Assembly (NCBI GenBank): GCA_964057225.1
Contig: OZ059896.1
Span: 18,724,001-18,788,000 of the forward strand
Length of the DNA: 64,000 nt
Source of the DNA: Auanema rhodensis
Taxonomy: Eukaryota; Animalia; Nematoda
Direction of reading: 5' to 3'
Positions 36,219 through 49,043 of the stretch are shown here, one piece after another. Each line of letters starts with the position of its first letter. Position 1 is the first letter of the stretch. A program made the position numbers and the translations under genes. Under the pieces are notes generated by a model. That model was not told where the DNA came from, did no database searches, and worked only from the letters and a program-made list of their open reading frames with translations.

Positions 36219-36522
36219 TTATTTTTTGTTTCAAAACAATCATTACCTGATAGTTTACATGTTTTATTCTATATTATCTCATACAATTGAAAAAAATACT
36301 AGCAGTAAAACAAATGCAGTGTTAATATTCTCGAGAATGTTCCTATTCAGAGTGAGAAAATATCGAAAATTTCCCGAAGCTTTTCTCATAAGGTACTAAA
36401 ATAAAAGTATTATTTCATATTATTATTTTTTCAGACCTAGAATCGATAAAAAAAATTAACTACATTTTAGTGAGTTACTGGGTTGGGTTATACAAATTGT
36501 CTAATTAGAATGCGATTTACAT

Positions 36523-36595
36523 GGCCTTGTGGCCTAATGGATAAGGCGTCGGACTTCGGATCCGAAGATTTTAGGTTCGAGTCCTGTCAGGGTCG
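36523..36595 (+). tRNA. tRNA-Arg(TCG) C
   Basis: Class C. Confidence 0.8.
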
Positions 36596-36900
36596 TTATT
36601 TTTTGTTTTAAAAAAATCATTACCTGATAGTTTACATTTTTTATTCTGTATTATCTCATACAATTGAAAAAAATACTAGCAGTAAAACAAATGCAGTGAT
36701 AATATTCTCGAAAATGTTCCTATTCAGAGTGAGAAAGTATCAAAAATTGCCCGAAGGTTTTCTCATAAGGTACTAAAAGAAAAGTATTATTTCATATTAT
36801 TATTTTTTCAGACCTAGAATCGATAAAAAAAAATCAACTACATTTTAGTGAGTTACTAGGTTGGGTTATACAAATTGTCTAATTTGAATGCGATTTAAAT

Positions 36901-36973
36901 GGCCTTGTGGCCTAATGGATAAGGCGTCGGACTTCGGATCCGAAGATTGTAGGTTCGAGTCCTGCCAGGGTCG
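36901..36973 (+). tRNA. tRNA-Arg(TCG) A
   Basis: As 314-386. Confidence 0.95.
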
Positions 36974-37277
36974 TTATTTTTTGTTTCAAAACAATCATTA
37001 CCTGATAGTTTACATGTTTTATTCTATATTATCTCATACAATTGAAAAAAATACTAGCAGTAAAACAAATGCAGTGTTATTATTCTCGAGAATGTTCCTA
37101 TTCAGAGTGAGAAAATATCGAAAATTTCCCGAAGGTTTTCTCATAAGGTACTAAAATAAAAGTATTATTTCATATTATTATTTTTTCAGACCTAGAATCG
37201 ATAAAAAAAATTAACTACATTTTAGTGAGTTACTGGGTTGGGTTATACAAATTGTCTAATTAGAATGCGATTTACAT

Positions 37278-37350
37278 GGCCTTGTGGTCTAATGGATAAG
37301 GCGTCGGACTTCGGATCCGAATGTTGTAGGTTCGAGTCCTGCCAGGGTTG
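37278..37350 (+). tRNA. tRNA-Arg(TCG) B
   Basis: Class B. Confidence 0.8.
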
Positions 37351-37654
37351 TTATTTTTTGTTTCAAAAAAATCATTACCTGATAGTTTACATGTTTTATG
37401 CTGTATTATCTCATACAATTGAAAAAAATACTAGCAGTAAAACAAATGCAGTGATGATATTCTCGAGAATGTTCCTATTCAGAGTGAGAAAATATCAAAA
37501 ATTTCAAGACGGTTTTCTCATAAGGTACTAAAATAAAAGTATTATTTCATATTATTATTTTTTCAGACCTAGAATCGATAAAAAAAATCAACTACATTTT
37601 AGTGAGTTACTAGGTTGGGTTATACAAATTGTCTAATTTGAATGCGATTTAAAT

Positions 37655-37727
37655 GGCCTTGTGGCCTAATGGATAAGGCGTCGGACTTCGGATCCGAAGA
37701 TTGTAGGTTCGAGTCCTGCCAGGGTCG
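37655..37727 (+). tRNA. tRNA-Arg(TCG) A
   Basis: As 314-386. Confidence 0.95.
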
Positions 37728-38031
37728 TTATTTTTTGTTTCAAAACAATCATTACCTGATAGTTTACATGTTTTATTCTATATTATCTCATACAATTGAA
37801 AAAAATACTAGCAGTAAAACAAATGCAGTGTTAATATTCTCGAGAATGTTCCTATTCAGAGTGAGAAAATATCAAAAATTTCAAGACGGTTTTCTCATAA
37901 GGTACTAAAATAAAAGTATTATTTCATATTATTATTTTTTCAGACCTAGAATCGATAAAAAAAATCAACTACATTTTAGTGAGTTACTAGGTTGGGTTAT
38001 ACAAATTGTCTAATTTGAATGCGATTTAAAT

Positions 38032-38104
38032 GGCCTTGTGGCCTAATGGATAAGGCGTCGGACTTCGGATCCGAAGATTGTAGGTTCGAGTCCTGCCAGG
38101 GTCG
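38032..38104 (+). tRNA. tRNA-Arg(TCG) A
   Basis: As 314-386. Confidence 0.95.
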
Positions 38105-38408
38105 TTATTTTTTGTTTCAAAACAATCATTACCTGATAGTTTACATGTTTTATTCTATATTATCTCATACAATTGAAAAAAATACTAGCAGTAAAACAAA
38201 TGCAGTGTTAATATTCTCGAGAATGTTCCTATTCAGAGTGAGAAAATATCGAAAATTTCCCGAAGCTTTTCTCATAAGGTACTAAAATAAAAGTATTATT
38301 TCATATTATTATTTTTTCAGACCTAGAATCGATAAAAAAAATTAACTACATTTTAGTGAGTTACTGGGTTGGGTTATACAAATTGTCTAATTAGAATGCG
38401 ATTTAGAT

Positions 38409-38481
38409 GGCCTTGTGGTCTAATGGATAAGGCGTCGGACTTCGGATCCGAAGATTTTAGGTTCGAGTCCTGTCAGGGTCG
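38409..38481 (+). tRNA. tRNA-Arg(TCG) D
   Basis: Class D. Confidence 0.8.
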
Positions 38482-38785
38482 TTATTTTTTGTTTTAAAAA
38501 AATCATTACCTGATAGTTTACATTTTTTATTCTGTATTATCTCATACAATTGAAAAAAATACTAGCAGTAAAACAAATGCAGTGTTAATATTCTCGAGAA
38601 TGTTCCTATTCAGAGTGAGAAAATATCGAAAATTTCCCGAAGGTTTTCTCATAAGGTACTAAAATAAAAGTATTATTTCATATTATTATTTTTTCAGACC
38701 TAGAATCGATAAAAAAAATTAACTACATTTTAGTGAGTTACTGGGTTGGGTTATACAAATTGTCTAATTAGAATGCGATTTACAT

Positions 38786-38858
38786 GGCCTTGTGGTCTAA
38801 TGGATAAGGCGTCGGACTTCGGATCCGAATGTTGTAGGTTCGAGTCCTGCCAGGGTTG
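38786..38858 (+). tRNA. tRNA-Arg(TCG) B
   Basis: Class B. Confidence 0.8.
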
Positions 38859-39162
38859 TTATTTTTTGTTTCAAAAAAATCATTACCTGATAGTTTACAT
38901 GTTTTATGCTGTATTATCTCATACAATTGAAAAAAATACTAGCAGTAAAACAAATGCAGTGATGATATTCTCGAGAATGTTCCTATTCAGAGTGAGAAAA
39001 TATCAAAAATTTCAAGACGGTTTTCTCATAAGGTACTAAAATAAAAGTATTATTTCATATTATTATTTTTTCAGACCTAGAATCGATAAAAAAAATTAAC
39101 TACATTTTAGTGAGTTACTGGGTTGGGTTATACAAATTGTCTAATTAGAATGCGATTTACAT

Positions 39163-39235
39163 GGCCTTGTGGCCTAATGGATAAGGCGTCGGACTTCGGA
39201 TCCGAAGATTTTAGGTTCGAGTCCTGTCAGGGTCG
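39163..39235 (+). tRNA. tRNA-Arg(TCG) C
   Basis: Class C. Confidence 0.8.
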
Positions 39236-39540
39236 TTATTTTTTGTTTTAAAAAAATCATTACCTGATAGTTTACATTTTTTATTCTGTATTATCTCATA
39301 CAATTGAAAAAAATACTAGCAGTAAAACAAATGCAGTGATAATATTCTCGAAAATGTTCCTATTCAGAGTGAGAAAGTATCAAAAATTGCCCGAAGGTTT
39401 TCTCATAAGGTACTAAAAGAAAAGTATTATTTCATATTATTATTTTTTCAGACCTAGAATCGATAAAAAAAAATCAACTACATTTTAGTGAGTTACTAGG
39501 TTGGGTTATACAAATTGCCTAATTTGAATGCGATTTAAAT

Positions 39541-39613
39541 GGCCTTGTGGCCTAATGGATAAGGCGTCGGACTTCGGATCCGAAGATTGTAGGTTCGAGT
39601 CCTGCCAGGGTCG
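39541..39613 (+). tRNA. tRNA-Arg(TCG) A
   Basis: As 314-386. Confidence 0.95.
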
Positions 39614-39917
39614 TTATTTTTTGTTTCAAAACAATCATTACCTGATAGTTTACATGTTTTATTCTATATTATCTCATACAATTGAAAAAAATACTAGCAG
39701 TAAAACAAATGCAGTGTTAATATTCTCGAGAATGTTCCTATTCAGAGTGAGAAAATATCGAAAATTTCCCGAAGGTTTTCTCATAAGGTACTAAAATAAA
39801 AGTATTATTTCATATTATTATTTTTTCAGACCTAGAATCGATAAAAAAAATTAACTACATTTTAGTGAGTTACTGGGTTGGGTTATACAAATTGTCTAAT
39901 TAGAATGCGATTTACAT

Positions 39918-39990
39918 GGCCTTGTGGTCTAATGGATAAGGCGTCGGATTTCGGATCCGAAGATTTTAGGTTCGAGTCCTGCCAGGGTTG
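39918..39990 (+). tRNA. tRNA-Arg(TCG) chimeric B'/G49T allele
   Basis: C11T, C32T, G49T and C72T, with variable loop AGATT. Confidence 0.75.
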
Positions 39991-40294
39991 TTATTTTTTG
40001 TTTCAAAAAAATCATTACCTGATAGTTTACATGTTTTATGCTGTATTATCTCATACAATTGAAAAAAATACTAGCAGTAAAACAAATGCAGTGATGATAT
40101 TCTCGAGAATGTTCCTATTCAGAGTGAGAAAATATCAAAAATTTCAAGACGGTTTTCTCATAAGGTACTAAAATAAAAGTATTATTTCATATTATTATTT
40201 TTTCAGACCTAGAATCGATAAAAAAAATCAACTACATTTTAGTGAGTTACTAGGTTGGGTTATACAAATTGTCTAATTTGAATGCGATTTAAAT

Positions 40295-40367
40295 GGCCTT
40301 GTGGCCTAATGGATAAGGCGTCGGACTTCGGATCCGAAGATTGTAGGTTCGAGTCCTGCCAGGGTCG
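40295..40367 (+). tRNA. tRNA-Arg(TCG) A
   Basis: As 314-386. Confidence 0.95.
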
Positions 40368-40671
40368 TTATTTTTTGTTTCAAAACAATCATTACCTGAT
40401 AGTTTACATGTTTTATTCTATATTATCTCATACAATTGAAAAAAATACTAGCAGTAAAACAAATGCAGTGTTAATATTCTCGAGAATGTTCCTATTCAGA
40501 GTGAGAAAATATCGAAAATTTCCCGAAGCTTTTCTCATAAGGTACTAAAATAAAAGTATTATTTCATATTATTATTTTTTCAGACCTAGAATCGATAAAA
40601 AAAATTAACTACATTTTAGTGAGTTACTGGGTTGGGTTATACAAATTGTCTAATTAGAATGCGATTTACAT

Positions 40672-40744
40672 GGCCTTGTGGCCTAATGGATAAGGCGTCG
40701 GACTTCGGATCCGAAGATTTTAGGTTCGAGTCCTGTCAGGGTCG
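40672..40744 (+). tRNA. tRNA-Arg(TCG) C
   Basis: Class C. Confidence 0.8.
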
Positions 40745-41049
40745 TTATTTTTTGTTTTAAAAAAATCATTACCTGATAGTTTACATTTTTTATTCTGTAT
40801 TATCTCATACAATTGAAAAAAATACTAGCAGTAAAACAAATGCAGTGATAATATTCTCGAAAATGTTCCTATTCAGAGTGAGAAAGTATCAAAAATTGCC
40901 CGAAGGTTTTCTCATAAGGTACTAAAAGAAAAGTATTATTTCATATTATTATTTTTTCAGACCTAGAATCGATAAAAAAAAATCAACTACATTTTAGTGA
41001 GTTACTAGGTTGGGTTATACAAATTGTCTAATTTGAATGCGATTTAAAT

Positions 41050-41122
41050 GGCCTTGTGGCCTAATGGATAAGGCGTCGGACTTCGGATCCGAAGATTGTA
41101 GGTTCGAGTCCTGCCAGGGTCG
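41050..41122 (+). tRNA. tRNA-Arg(TCG) A
   Basis: As 314-386. Confidence 0.95.
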
Positions 41123-41426
41123 TTATTTTTTGTTTCAAAACAATCATTACCTGATAGTTTACATGTTTTATTCTATATTATCTCATACAATTGAAAAAAA
41201 TACTAGCAGTAAAACAAATGCAGTGTTATTATTCTCGAGAATGTTCCTATTCAGAGTGAGAAAATATCGAAAATTTCCCGAAGGTTTTCTCATAAGGTAC
41301 TAAAATAAAAGTATTATTTCATATTATTATTTTTTCAGACCTAGAATCGATAAAAAAAATTAACTACATTTTAGTGAGTTACTGGGTTGGGTTATACAAA
41401 TTGTCTAATTAGAATGCGATTTACAT

Positions 41427-41499
41427 GGCCTTGTGGTCTAATGGATAAGGCGTCGGACTTCGGATCCGAATGTTGTAGGTTCGAGTCCTGCCAGGGTTG
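41427..41499 (+). tRNA. tRNA-Arg(TCG) B
   Basis: Class B. Confidence 0.8.
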
Positions 41500-41803
41500 T
41501 TATTTTTTGTTTCAAAAAAATCATTACCTGATAGTTTACATGTTTTATGCTGTATTATCTCATACAATTGAAAAAAATACTAGCAGTAAAACAAATGCAG
41601 TGATGATATTCTCGAGAATGTTCCTATTCAGAGTGAGAAAATATCAAAAATTTCAAGACGGTTTTCTCATAAGGTACTAAAATAAAAGTATTATTTCATA
41701 TTATTATTTTTTCAGACCTAGAATCGATAAAAAAAATCAACTACATTTTAGTGAGTTACTAGGTTGGGTTATACAAATTGTCTAATTTGAATGCGATTTA
41801 AAT

Positions 41804-41876
41804 GGCCTTGTGGCCTAATGGATAAGGCGTCGGACTTCGGATCCGAAGATTGTAGGTTCGAGTCCTGCCAGGGTCG
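41804..41876 (+). tRNA. tRNA-Arg(TCG) A
   Basis: As 314-386. Confidence 0.95.
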
Positions 41877-42181
41877 TTATTTTTTGTTTCAAAACAATCA
41901 TTACCTGATAGTTTACATGTTTTATTCTATATTATCTCATACAATTGAAAAAAATACTAGCAGTAAAACAAATGCAGTGTTAATATTCTCGAGAATGTTC
42001 CTATTCAGAGTGAGAAAATATCGAAAATTTCCCGAAGCTTTTCTCATAAGGTACTAAAATAAAAGTATTATTTCATATTATTATTTTTTCAGACCTAGAA
42101 TCGATAAAAAAAAATCAACTACATTTTAGTGAGTTACTAGGTTGGGTTATACAAATTGTCTAATTTGAATGCGATTTAAAT

Positions 42182-42254
42182 GGCCTTGTGGCCTAATGGA
42201 TAAGGCGTCGGACTTCGGATCCGAAGATTGTAGGTTCGAGTCCTGCCAGGGTCG
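42182..42254 (+). tRNA. tRNA-Arg(TCG) A
   Basis: As 314-386. Confidence 0.95.
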
Positions 42255-42558
42255 TTATTTTTTGTTTCAAAACAATCATTACCTGATAGTTTACATGTTT
42301 TATTCTATATTATCTCATACAATTGAAAAAAATACTAGCAGTAAAACAAATGCAGTGTTATTATTCTCGAGAATGTTCCTATTCAGAGTGAGAAAATATC
42401 GAAAATTTCCCGAAGGTTTTCTCATAAGGTACTAAAATAAAAGTATTATTTCATATTATTATTTTTTCAGACCTAGAATCGATAAAAAAAATTAACTACA
42501 TTTTAGTGAGTTACTGGGTTGGGTTATACAAATTGTCTAATTAGAATGCGATTTACAT

Positions 42559-42631
42559 GGCCTTGTGGTCTAATGGATAAGGCGTCGGACTTCGGATCCG
42601 AATGTTGTAGGTTCGAGTCCTGCCAGGGTTG
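42559..42631 (+). tRNA. tRNA-Arg(TCG) B
   Basis: Class B. Confidence 0.8.
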
Positions 42632-42935
42632 TTATTTTTTGTTTCAAAAAAATCATTACCTGATAGTTTACATGTTTTATGCTGTATTATCTCATACAAT
42701 TGAAAAAAATACTAGCAGTAAAACAAATGCAGTGATGATATTCTCGAGAATGTTCCTATTCAGAGTGAGAAAATATCAAAAATTTCAAGACGGTTTTCTC
42801 ATAAGGTACTAAAATAAAAGTATTATTTCATATTATTATTTTTTCAGACCTAGAATCGATAAAAAAAATCAACTACATTTTAGTGAGTTACTAGGTTGGG
42901 TTATACAAATTGTCTAATTTGAATGCGATTTAAAT

Positions 42936-43008
42936 GGCCTTGTGGCCTAATGGATAAGGCGTCGGACTTCGGATCCGAAGATTGTAGGTTCGAGTCCTGC
43001 CAGGGTCG
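42936..43008 (+). tRNA. tRNA-Arg(TCG) A
   Basis: As 314-386. Confidence 0.95.
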
Positions 43009-43312
43009 TTATTTTTTGTTTCAAAACAATCATTACCTGATAGTTTACATGTTTTATTCTATATTATCTCATACAATTGAAAAAAATACTAGCAGTAAAA
43101 CAAATGCAGTGTTAATATTCTCGAGAATGTTCCTATTCAGAGTGAGAAAATATCGAAAATTTCCCGAAGCTTTTCTCATAAGGTACTAAAATAAAAGTAT
43201 TATTTCATATTATTATTTTTTCAGACCTAGAATCGATAAAAAAAATTAACTACATTTTAGTGAGTTACTGGGTTGGGTTATACAAATTGTCTAATTAGAA
43301 TGCGATTTAGAT

Positions 43313-43385
43313 GGCCTTGTGGTCTAATGGATAAGGCGTCGGACTTCGGATCCGAAGATTTTAGGTTCGAGTCCTGTCAGGGTCG
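43313..43385 (+). tRNA. tRNA-Arg(TCG) D
   Basis: Class D. Confidence 0.8.
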
Positions 43386-43689
43386 TTATTTTTTGTTTTA
43401 AAAAAATCATTACCTGATAGTTTACATTTTTTATTCTGTATTATCTCATACAATTGAAAAAAATACTAGCAGTAAAACAAATGCAGTGTTAATATTCTCG
43501 AGAATGTTCCTATTCAGAGTGAGAAAATATCGAAAATTTCCCGAAGGTTTTCTCATAAGGTACTAAAATAAAAGTATTATTTCATATTATTATTTTTTCA
43601 GACCTAGAATCGATAAAAAAAATTAACTACATTTTAGTGAGTTACTGGGTTGGGTTATACAAATTGTCTAATTAGAATGCGATTTACAT

Positions 43690-43762
43690 GGCCTTGTGGT
43701 CTAATGGATAAGGCGTCGGACTTCGGATCCGAATGTTGTAGGTTCGAGTCCTGCCAGGGTTG
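43690..43762 (+). tRNA. tRNA-Arg(TCG) B
   Basis: Class B. Confidence 0.8.
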
Positions 43763-44066
43763 TTATTTTTTGTTTCAAAAAAATCATTACCTGATAGTTT
43801 ACATGTTTTATGCTGTATTATCTCATACAATTGAAAAAAATACTAGCAGTAAAACAAATGCAGTGATGATATTCTCGAGAATGTTCCTATTCAGAGTGAG
43901 AAAATATCAAAAATTTCAAGACGGTTTTCTCATAAGGTACTAAAATAAAAGTATTATTTCATATTATTATTTTTTCAGACCTAGAATCGATAAAAAAAAT
44001 CAACTACATTTTAGTGAGTTACTAGGTTGGGTTATACAAATTGTCTAATTTGAATGCGATTTAAAT

Positions 44067-44139
44067 GGCCTTGTGGTCTAATGGATAAGGCGTCGGACTT
44101 CGGATCCGAAGATTGTAGGTTCGAGTCCTGCCAGGGTCG
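44067..44139 (+). tRNA. tRNA-Arg(TCG) A with C11T
   Basis: U11-G24 wobble only. Confidence 0.88.
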
Positions 44140-44443
44140 TTATTTTTTGTTTCAAAACAATCATTACCTGATAGTTTACATGTTTTATTCTATATTATCT
44201 CATACAATTGAAAAAAATACTAGCAGTAAAACAAATGCAGTGTTAATATTCTCGAGAATGTTCCTATTCAGAGTGAGAAAATATCGAAAATTTCCCGAAG
44301 CTTTTCTCATAAGGTACTAAAATAAAAGTATTATTTCATATTATTATTTTTTCAGACCTAGAATCGATAAAAAAAATTAACTACATTTTAGTGAGTTACT
44401 GGGTTGGGTTATACAAATTGTCTAATTAGAATGCGATTTACAT

Positions 44444-44516
44444 GGCCTTGTGGCCTAATGGATAAGGCGTCGGACTTCGGATCCGAAGATTTTAGGTTCG
44501 AGTCCTGTCAGGGTCG
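44444..44516 (+). tRNA. tRNA-Arg(TCG) C
   Basis: Class C. Confidence 0.8.
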
Positions 44517-44821
44517 TTATTTTTTGTTTTAAAAAAATCATTACCTGATAGTTTACATTTTTTATTCTGTATTATCTCATACAATTGAAAAAAATACTAG
44601 CAGTAAAACAAATGCAGTGATAATATTCTCGAAAATGTTCCTATTCAGAGTGAGAAAGTATCAAAAATTGCCCGAAGGTTTTCTCATAAGGTACTAAAAG
44701 AAAAGTATTATTTCATATTATTATTTTTTCAGACCTAGAATCGATAAAAAAAAATCAACTACATTTTAGTGAGTTACTAGGTTGGGTTATACAAATTGCC
44801 TAATTTGAATGCGATTTAAAT

Positions 44822-44894
44822 GGCCTTGTGGCCTAATGGATAAGGCGTCGGACTTCGGATCCGAAGATTGTAGGTTCGAGTCCTGCCAGGGTCG
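44822..44894 (+). tRNA. tRNA-Arg(TCG) A
   Basis: As 314-386. Confidence 0.95.
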
Positions 44895-45198
44895 TTATTT
44901 TTTGTTTCAAAACAATCATTACCTGATAGTTTACATGTTTTATTCTATATTATCTCATACAATTGAAAAAAATACTAGCAGTAAAACAAATGCAGTGTTA
45001 ATATTCTCGAGAATGTTCCTATTCAGAGTGAGAAAATATCGAAAATTTCCCGAAGTTTTTCTCATAAGGTACTAAAATAAAAGTATTATTTCATATTATT
45101 ATTTTTTCAGACCTAGAATCGATAAAAAAAATTAACTACATTTTAGTGAGTTACTGGGTTGGGTTATACAAATTGTCTAATTAGAATGCGATTTACAT

Positions 45199-45271
45199 GG
45201 CCTTGTGGTCTAATGGATAAGGCGTCGGATTTCGGATCCGAATGTTGTAGGTTCGAGTCCTGCCAGGGTTG
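45199..45271 (+). tRNA. tRNA-Arg(TCG) B'
   Basis: Class B plus C32T. Confidence 0.8.
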
Positions 45272-45575
45272 TTATTTTTTGTTTCAAAAAAATCATTACC
45301 TGATAGTTTACATGTTTTATGCTGTATTATCTCATACAATTGAAAAAAATACTAGCAGTAAAACAAATGCAGTGATGATATTCTCGAGAATGTTCCTATT
45401 CAGAGTGAGAAAATATCAAAAATTTCAAGACGGTTTTCTCATAAGGTACTAAAATAAAAGTATTATTTCATATTATTATTTTTTCAGACCTAGAATCGAT
45501 AAAAAAAATCAACTACATTTTAGTGAGTTACTAGGTTGGGTTATACAAATTGTCTAATTTGAATGCGATTTAAAT

Positions 45576-45648
45576 GGCCTTGTGGCCTAATGGATAAGGC
45601 GTCGGACTTCGGATCCGAAGATTGTAGGTTCGAGTCCTGCCAGGGTCG
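45576..45648 (+). tRNA. tRNA-Arg(TCG) A
   Basis: As 314-386. Confidence 0.95.
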
Positions 45649-45952
45649 TTATTTTTTGTTTCAAAACAATCATTACCTGATAGTTTACATGTTTTATTCT
45701 ATATTATCTCATACAATTGAAAAAAATACTAGCAGTAAAACAAATGCAGTGTTAATATTCTCGAGAATGTTCCTATTCAGAGTGAGAAAATATCGAAAAT
45801 TTCCCGAAGCTTTTCTCATAAGGTACTAAAATAAAAGTATTATTTCATATTATTATTTTTTCAGACCTAGAATCGATAAAAAAAATTAACTACATTTTAG
45901 TGAGTTACTGGGTTGGGTTATACAAATTGTCTAATTAGAATGCGATTTACAT

Positions 45953-46025
45953 GGCCTTGTGGCCTAATGGATAAGGCGTCGGACTTCGGATCCGAAGATT
46001 TTAGGTTCGAGTCCTGTCAGGGTCG
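45953..46025 (+). tRNA. tRNA-Arg(TCG) C
   Basis: Class C. Confidence 0.8.
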
Positions 46026-46330
46026 TTATTTTTTGTTTTAAAAAAATCATTACCTGATAGTTTACATTTTTTATTCTGTATTATCTCATACAATTGAAAA
46101 AAATACTAGCAGTAAAACAAATGCAGTGATAATATTCTCGAAAATGTTCCTATTCAGAGTGAGAAAGTATCAAAAATTGCCCGAAGGTTTTCTCATAAGG
46201 TACTAAAAGAAAAGTATTATTTCATATTATTATTTTTTCAGACCTAGAATCGATAAAAAAAAATCAACTACATTTTAGTGAGTTACTAGGTTGGGTTATA
46301 CAAATTGTCTAATTTGAATGCGATTTAAAT

Positions 46331-46403
46331 GGCCTTGTGGCCTAATGGATAAGGCGTCGGACTTCGGATCCGAAGATTGTAGGTTCGAGTCCTGCCAGGG
46401 TCG
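46331..46403 (+). tRNA. tRNA-Arg(TCG) A
   Basis: As 314-386. Confidence 0.95.
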
Positions 46404-46707
46404 TTATTTTTTGTTTCAAAACAATCATTACCTGATAGTTTACATGTTTTATTCTATATTATCTCATACAATTGAAAAAAATACTAGCAGTAAAACAAAT
46501 GCAGTGTTAATATTCTCGAGAATGTTCCTATTCAGAGTGAGAAAATATCGAAAATTTCCCGAAGGTTTTCTCATAAGGTACTAAAATAAAAGTATTATTT
46601 CATATTATTATTTTTTCAGACCTAGAATCGATAAAAAAAATTAACTACATTTTAGTGAGTTACTGGGTTGGGTTATACAAATTGTCTAATTAGAATGCGA
46701 TTTACAT

Positions 46708-46780
46708 GGCCTTGTGGTCTAATGGATAAGGCGTCGGACTTCGGATCCGAATGTTGTAGGTTCGAGTCCTGCCAGGGTTG
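46708..46780 (+). tRNA. tRNA-Arg(TCG) B
   Basis: Class B. Confidence 0.8.
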
Positions 46781-47084
46781 TTATTTTTTGTTTCAAAAAA
46801 ATCATTACCTGATAGTTTACATGTTTTATGCTGTATTATCTCATACAATTGAAAAAAATACTAGCAGTAAAACAAATGCAGTGATGATATTCTCGAGAAT
46901 GTTCCTATTCAGAGTGAGAAAATATCAAAATTTTCAAGACGGTTTTCTCATAAGGTACTAAAATAAAAGTATTATTTCATATTATTATTTTTTCAGACCT
47001 AGAATCGATAAAAAAAATCAACTACATTTTAGTGAGTTACTAGGTTGGGTTATACAAATTGTCTAATTTGAATGCGATTTAAAT

Positions 47085-47157
47085 GGCCTTGTGGCCTAAT
47101 GGATAAGGCGTCGGACTTCGGATCCGAAGATTGTAGGTTCGAGTCCTGCCAGGGTCG
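47085..47157 (+). tRNA. tRNA-Arg(TCG) A
   Basis: As 314-386. Confidence 0.95.
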
Positions 47158-47461
47158 TTATTTTTTGTTTCAAAAAAATCATTACCTGATAGTTTACATG
47201 TTTTATTCTGTATTATCTCATACAATTAAAAAAATACTAGCAGTAAAACAAATGCAGTGATAATATTCTCGAAAATGTTCCTATTCAGAGTGAGAAAGTA
47301 TCAAAAATTTCCCGAAGGTTTTCTCATAAGCTACTAAAAGAAAAGTATTATTTCATATTATTATTTTTTCAGACCTAGAATCGATAAAAAAAAATCAACT
47401 ACATTTTAGTGAGTTACTGGGTTGGGGTATACAAATTGTCTAATTTGAATGCGATTTAAAT

Positions 47462-47534
47462 GGCCTTGTGGCCTAATGGATAAGGCGTCGGACTTCGGAT
47501 CCGAAGATTGTAGGTTCGAGTCCTGCCAGGGTCG
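47462..47534 (+). tRNA. tRNA-Arg(TCG) A
   Basis: As 314-386. Confidence 0.95.
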
Positions 47535-47838
47535 TTATTTTTTGTTTTAAAAAAATCATTACCTGATAGTTTACATTTTTTATTCTGTATTATCTCATAC
47601 AATTGAAAAAAATACTAGCAGTAAAACAAATGCAGTGATAATATTCTCGAAAATGTTCCTATTCAGAGTGAGAAAGTATCAAAAATTGCCCGAAGGTTTT
47701 CTCATAAGGTACTAAAATAAAAGTATTATTTCATATTATTATTTTTTCAGACCTAGAATCGATAAAAAAAATTAACTACATTTTAGTGAGTTACTGGGTT
47801 GGGTTATACAAATTGTCTAATTAGAATGCGATTTACAT

Positions 47839-47911
47839 GGCCTTGTGGCCTAATGGATAAGGCGTCGGACTTCGGATCCGAAGATTTTAGGTTCGAGTCC
47901 TGTCAGGGTCG
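47839..47911 (+). tRNA. tRNA-Arg(TCG) C
   Basis: Class C. Confidence 0.8.
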
Positions 47912-48216
47912 TTATTTTTTGTTTTAAAAAAATCATTACCTGATAGTTTACATTTTTTATTCTGTATTATCTCATACAATTGAAAAAAATACTAGCAGTA
48001 AAACAAATGCAGTGATAATATTCTCGAAAATGTTCCTATTCAGAGTGAGAAAGTATCAAAAATTGCCCGAAGGTTTTCTCATAAGGTACTAAAAGAAAAG
48101 TATTATTTCATATTATTATTTTTTCAGACCTAGAATCGATAAAAAAAAATCAACTACATTTTAGTGAGTTACTAGGTTGGGTTATACAAATTGTCTAATT
48201 TGAATGCGATTTAAAT

Positions 48217-48289
48217 GGCCTTGTGGCCTAATGGATAAGGCGTCGGACTTCGGATCCGAAGATTGTAGGTTCGAGTCCTGCCAGGGTCG
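48217..48289 (+). tRNA. tRNA-Arg(TCG) A
   Basis: As 314-386. Confidence 0.95.
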
Positions 48290-48593
48290 TTATTTTTTGT
48301 TTCAAAACAATCATTACCTGATAGTTTACATGTTTTATTCTATATTATCTCATACAATTGAAAAAAATACTAGCAGTAAAACAAATGCAGTGTTAATATT
48401 CTCGAGAATGTTCCTATTCAGAGTGAGAAAATATCGAAAATTTCCCGAAGGTTTTCTCATAAGGTACTAAAATAAAAGTATTATTTCATATTATTATTTT
48501 TTCAGACCTAGAATCGATAAAAAAAATTAACTACATTTTAGTGAGTTACTGGGTTGGGTTATACAAATTGTCTAATTAGAATGCGATTTACAT

Positions 48594-48666
48594 GGCCTTG
48601 TGGTCTAATGGATAAGGCGTCGGACTTCGGATCCGAATGTTGTAGGTTCGAGTCCTGCCAGGGTTG
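48594..48666 (+). tRNA. tRNA-Arg(TCG) B
   Basis: Class B. Confidence 0.8.
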
Positions 48667-48970
48667 TTATTTTTTGTTTCAAAAAAATCATTACCTGATA
48701 GTTTACATGTTTTATGCTGTATTATCTCATACAATTGAAAAAAATACTAGCAGTAAAACAAATGCAGTGATGATATTCTCGAGAATGTTCCTATTCAGAG
48801 TGAGAAAATATCAAAATTTTCAAGACGGTTTTCTCATAAGGTACTAAAATAAAAGTATTATTTCATATTATTATTTTTTCAGACCTAGAATCGATAAAAA
48901 AAATCAACTACATTTTAGTGAGTTACTAGGTTGGGTTATACAAATTGTCTAATTTGAATGCGATTTAAAT

Positions 48971-49043
48971 GGCCTTGTGGCCTAATGGATAAGGCGTCGG
49001 ACTTCGGATCCGAAGATTGTAGGTTCGAGTCCTGCCAGGGTCG
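48971..49043 (+). tRNA. tRNA-Arg(TCG) A
   Basis: As 314-386. Confidence 0.95.
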
